A stretch of 63,476 bases of DNA, the filler included, from Saprolegnia diclina VS20 (lineage: Eukaryota): NCBI RefSeq assembly GCF_000281045.1. It is 3 parts of 2 records of this genome, joined end to end, with 100 filler letters (N's around TTAATTAATTAA, not from the genome) between each part and the next. Parts side by side here need not be neighbours in the genome. Positions count along the whole stretch, not along the records: positions 51,909 to 63,476 come from NW_008246076.1; 2 more parts are not named here. One strand, 5' to 3'. Shown piece by piece: positions 61,893 through 63,476 of the stretch. The notes beneath the pieces were generated by a model that was not told the DNA's origin, ran no database searches, and was given only the letters and a program-made list of their open reading frames with translations. A program made the position numbers and the translations under genes. Each line of letters begins with the position of its first letter. Positions within the stretch are counted from its first letter, which is position 1.

Positions 61893-62349
61893 TATCGTCG
61901 GAATGCAGAATCCACGGCGACTCCCGCTGAAGTGCGATATAGGTTACACTATTTGGTGTTTTTGGCATATTATTAGTGTGCGAAGTGCGGTTTTCACTTG
62001 CTCGAGCTCGACGAGAGCGAGGCGCCGCGATCGGCTTTAGTTGGAGACGACGTTCAAGGCGGTCTGTGCACCTCGCTCCTCGTTCATATGCAATGGCATG
62101 CCACAGTAAATTGACCGCGACTTTGGCGCACGATGTTAGAGGTAGTACGGAGGGGAGGTCGCATGCTTCCTTGACGTCGCCTCTAGTCGATGCAAGCAGA
62201 CATTTCACAAGTGAGTACTCGCTGCACAAACGCATATTGTCTGGTGGTGAACCTTGAAGTGCGACTCGAGTACATGTACATACAATTGTAGTAGAAATGC
62301 AAGGTTTCGAACTATCAACTTGATACAAAAATCACAGGCAAACCATCGC

Positions 62350-62613
62350 GACCGCTCAGCGACGCTGCGGCGGCCAAGTCGCGGAGATCGACCGTCGTCG
62401 GTGTTGCGCAAGGGCGCAGTCGTCTGCCGCCCATAAAGCTCGAGGTAGCCGCGGAGGCGATAGCCAAGGAGTCACCAACGTCGTCTTGCGCAACGCCGTC
62501 AACGACGACTCTTTGTCTTCGAGCGTGAGACGGTTCATGAGCGGGATCGAGATCTTGCCGATCGTCTTGGTGCACAGCAACGGCGATGCGATCTTGAGGA
62601 CGATCTCGGCCAT
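62350..62613 (-). pseudogene. Frameshifted partial duplicate of the C2-like tail of the adjacent kinase gene
   Basis: TKTIGKISIPLMNRLTLE, RLRGYLELYGRQTT and PTTVDLRDLAAAASL match PKTIGKVSIPLSELLTLE, QIRGYLEVFERETT and PKTLDLSKKRDVAAAAL of the neighbour. The three blocks lie in three different frames. Confidence 0.8.
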
Positions 62614-62730
62614 ATGCGCAAGCAGTGCAATGCCGTTTGGCGTCGCTTGCTACTTAAAGAGTTCATTGCCGCTAGCTAGCGCAACTTCATATTAGTATCA
62701 ACTTGGTAATACACACCACATTATGTACAG

Positions 62731-63476
62731 CTACGGGGTCTTGGGCGTACTGGCCAGCAACGCCGCGGCCGCCACGTCGCGCTTCTTGGAGAGATCGAGC
62801 GTCTTCGGCCCGGCAATGGCCTTTTTCAGGAACTCGGTCGTCTCCCGCTCAAAGACTTCGAGGTACCCGCGAATCTGCGGTCCAAACACCATCCGGAACT
62901 CCAAGGTACCAATGTTGTCGCCTTCATGGACGATCGGGCCCTGCTTCGTCCGCACCGCCGTCAAGCTTTTGTCGTCGCCTTCCAGTGTGAGGAGCTCGCT
63001 GAGCGGAATCGAGACCTTTCCGATCGTCTTGGGGAAAAGCAAAACCTGGGTCTTGATGAGGACTTCGAGAGTGTGCGAGAGCGGCTCAATGTTGGCAATC
63101 GTCGTCGACACAGGCATAAAACGATGCAACGCGCCGCCGGTCGCGACGGAGCTCTTGACCGGCGTGCGCTTCGTGTCGTCGACGTTGATCTCGCACCAAA
63201 TGTCGTGCGAGGTCCCGAAACTTGGTACGTAGAGGACGCCCGATGTCTTGACCGGTGGTTCCGTGAGGTCGACCTTGGCAAGATCGGGCGTCGTAAAGCC
63301 AGCGCCGCCGTACGCTTGGCGGATGGTCTCGAGCCGGCGGACGACTTCGGGCGCCGTAGGCCGGCGTTCTGGGTCGTACGTGATGCACTCAAGCGCGAGT
63401 GTCTCGTACTCTTCCGACGGGCATGCATAGTCGACGTCGAACGGCTCCGCGAGCATTTTGATTGCCTCCACAGGAT
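62731..63476 (-). CDS. 3' end of a protein kinase (probably TKL-type) followed by a C2-like domain; 5'-partial
   Basis: Subdomain XI-like CPSEEYETLALECITYDPERRPTAPEVVRRL, then a beta-rich segment with LEVLIKTQVLLFPKTIGKVSIPL. Stop at 62731-62733. Confidence 0.72.
   Translation of the reverse strand, partial: PVEAIKMLAEPFDVDYACPSEEYETLALECITYDPERRPTAPEVVRRLETIRQAYGGAGFTTPDLAKVDLTEPPVKTSGVLYVPSFGTSHDIWCEINVDDTKRTPVKSSVATGGALHRFMPVSTTIANIEPLSHTLEVLIKTQVLLFPKTIGKVSIPLSELLTLEGDDKSLTAVRTKQGPIVHEGDNIGTLEFRMVFGPQIRGYLEVFERETTEFLKKAIAGPKTLDLSKKRDVAAAALLASTPKTP

Overview
Eukaryotic, gene-dense, GC-rich sequence with short (about 40-60 nt) GT-AG introns and oomycete-type INR/FPR promoters. It is most likely an oomycete, probably Saprolegniales; this is inferred from gene content and style, not proven. 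The window is three pieces joined by artificial 100-bp N-TTAATTAATTAA-N linkers. Piece 1 (1-24562) holds an EF-hand protein, a zinc-finger/NUDIX fusion, a multi-KOW protein, a SAM protein, a CCHC zinc-knuckle protein, ATP-citrate lyase, a hypothetical gene overlapping a GPH/SUT-type transporter, O-acetylhomoserine sulfhydrylase, a TM-LRR-LNR protein and two copies of a tRNA-like short element. Piece 2 (24663-51808) is one uninterrupted 27.1-kb reading frame open at both ends. It encodes more than 9,000 aa of a Gly/Ser/Ala/Thr-rich protein built from 13-16-aa beta-strand-like units arranged in higher-order repeats, and it is the standout candidate for an undescribed giant beta-solenoid filament or adhesin. 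Piece 3 (51909-63476) holds an oomycete-type membrane protein, a Nup98-Nup96 precursor with an apparent extra ubiquitin-like domain, a MEAK7-like TLDc protein, the 3' end of a kinase-C2 gene and a frameshifted partial copy of that gene. Intron and exon calls were made by eye and no database searches were run.
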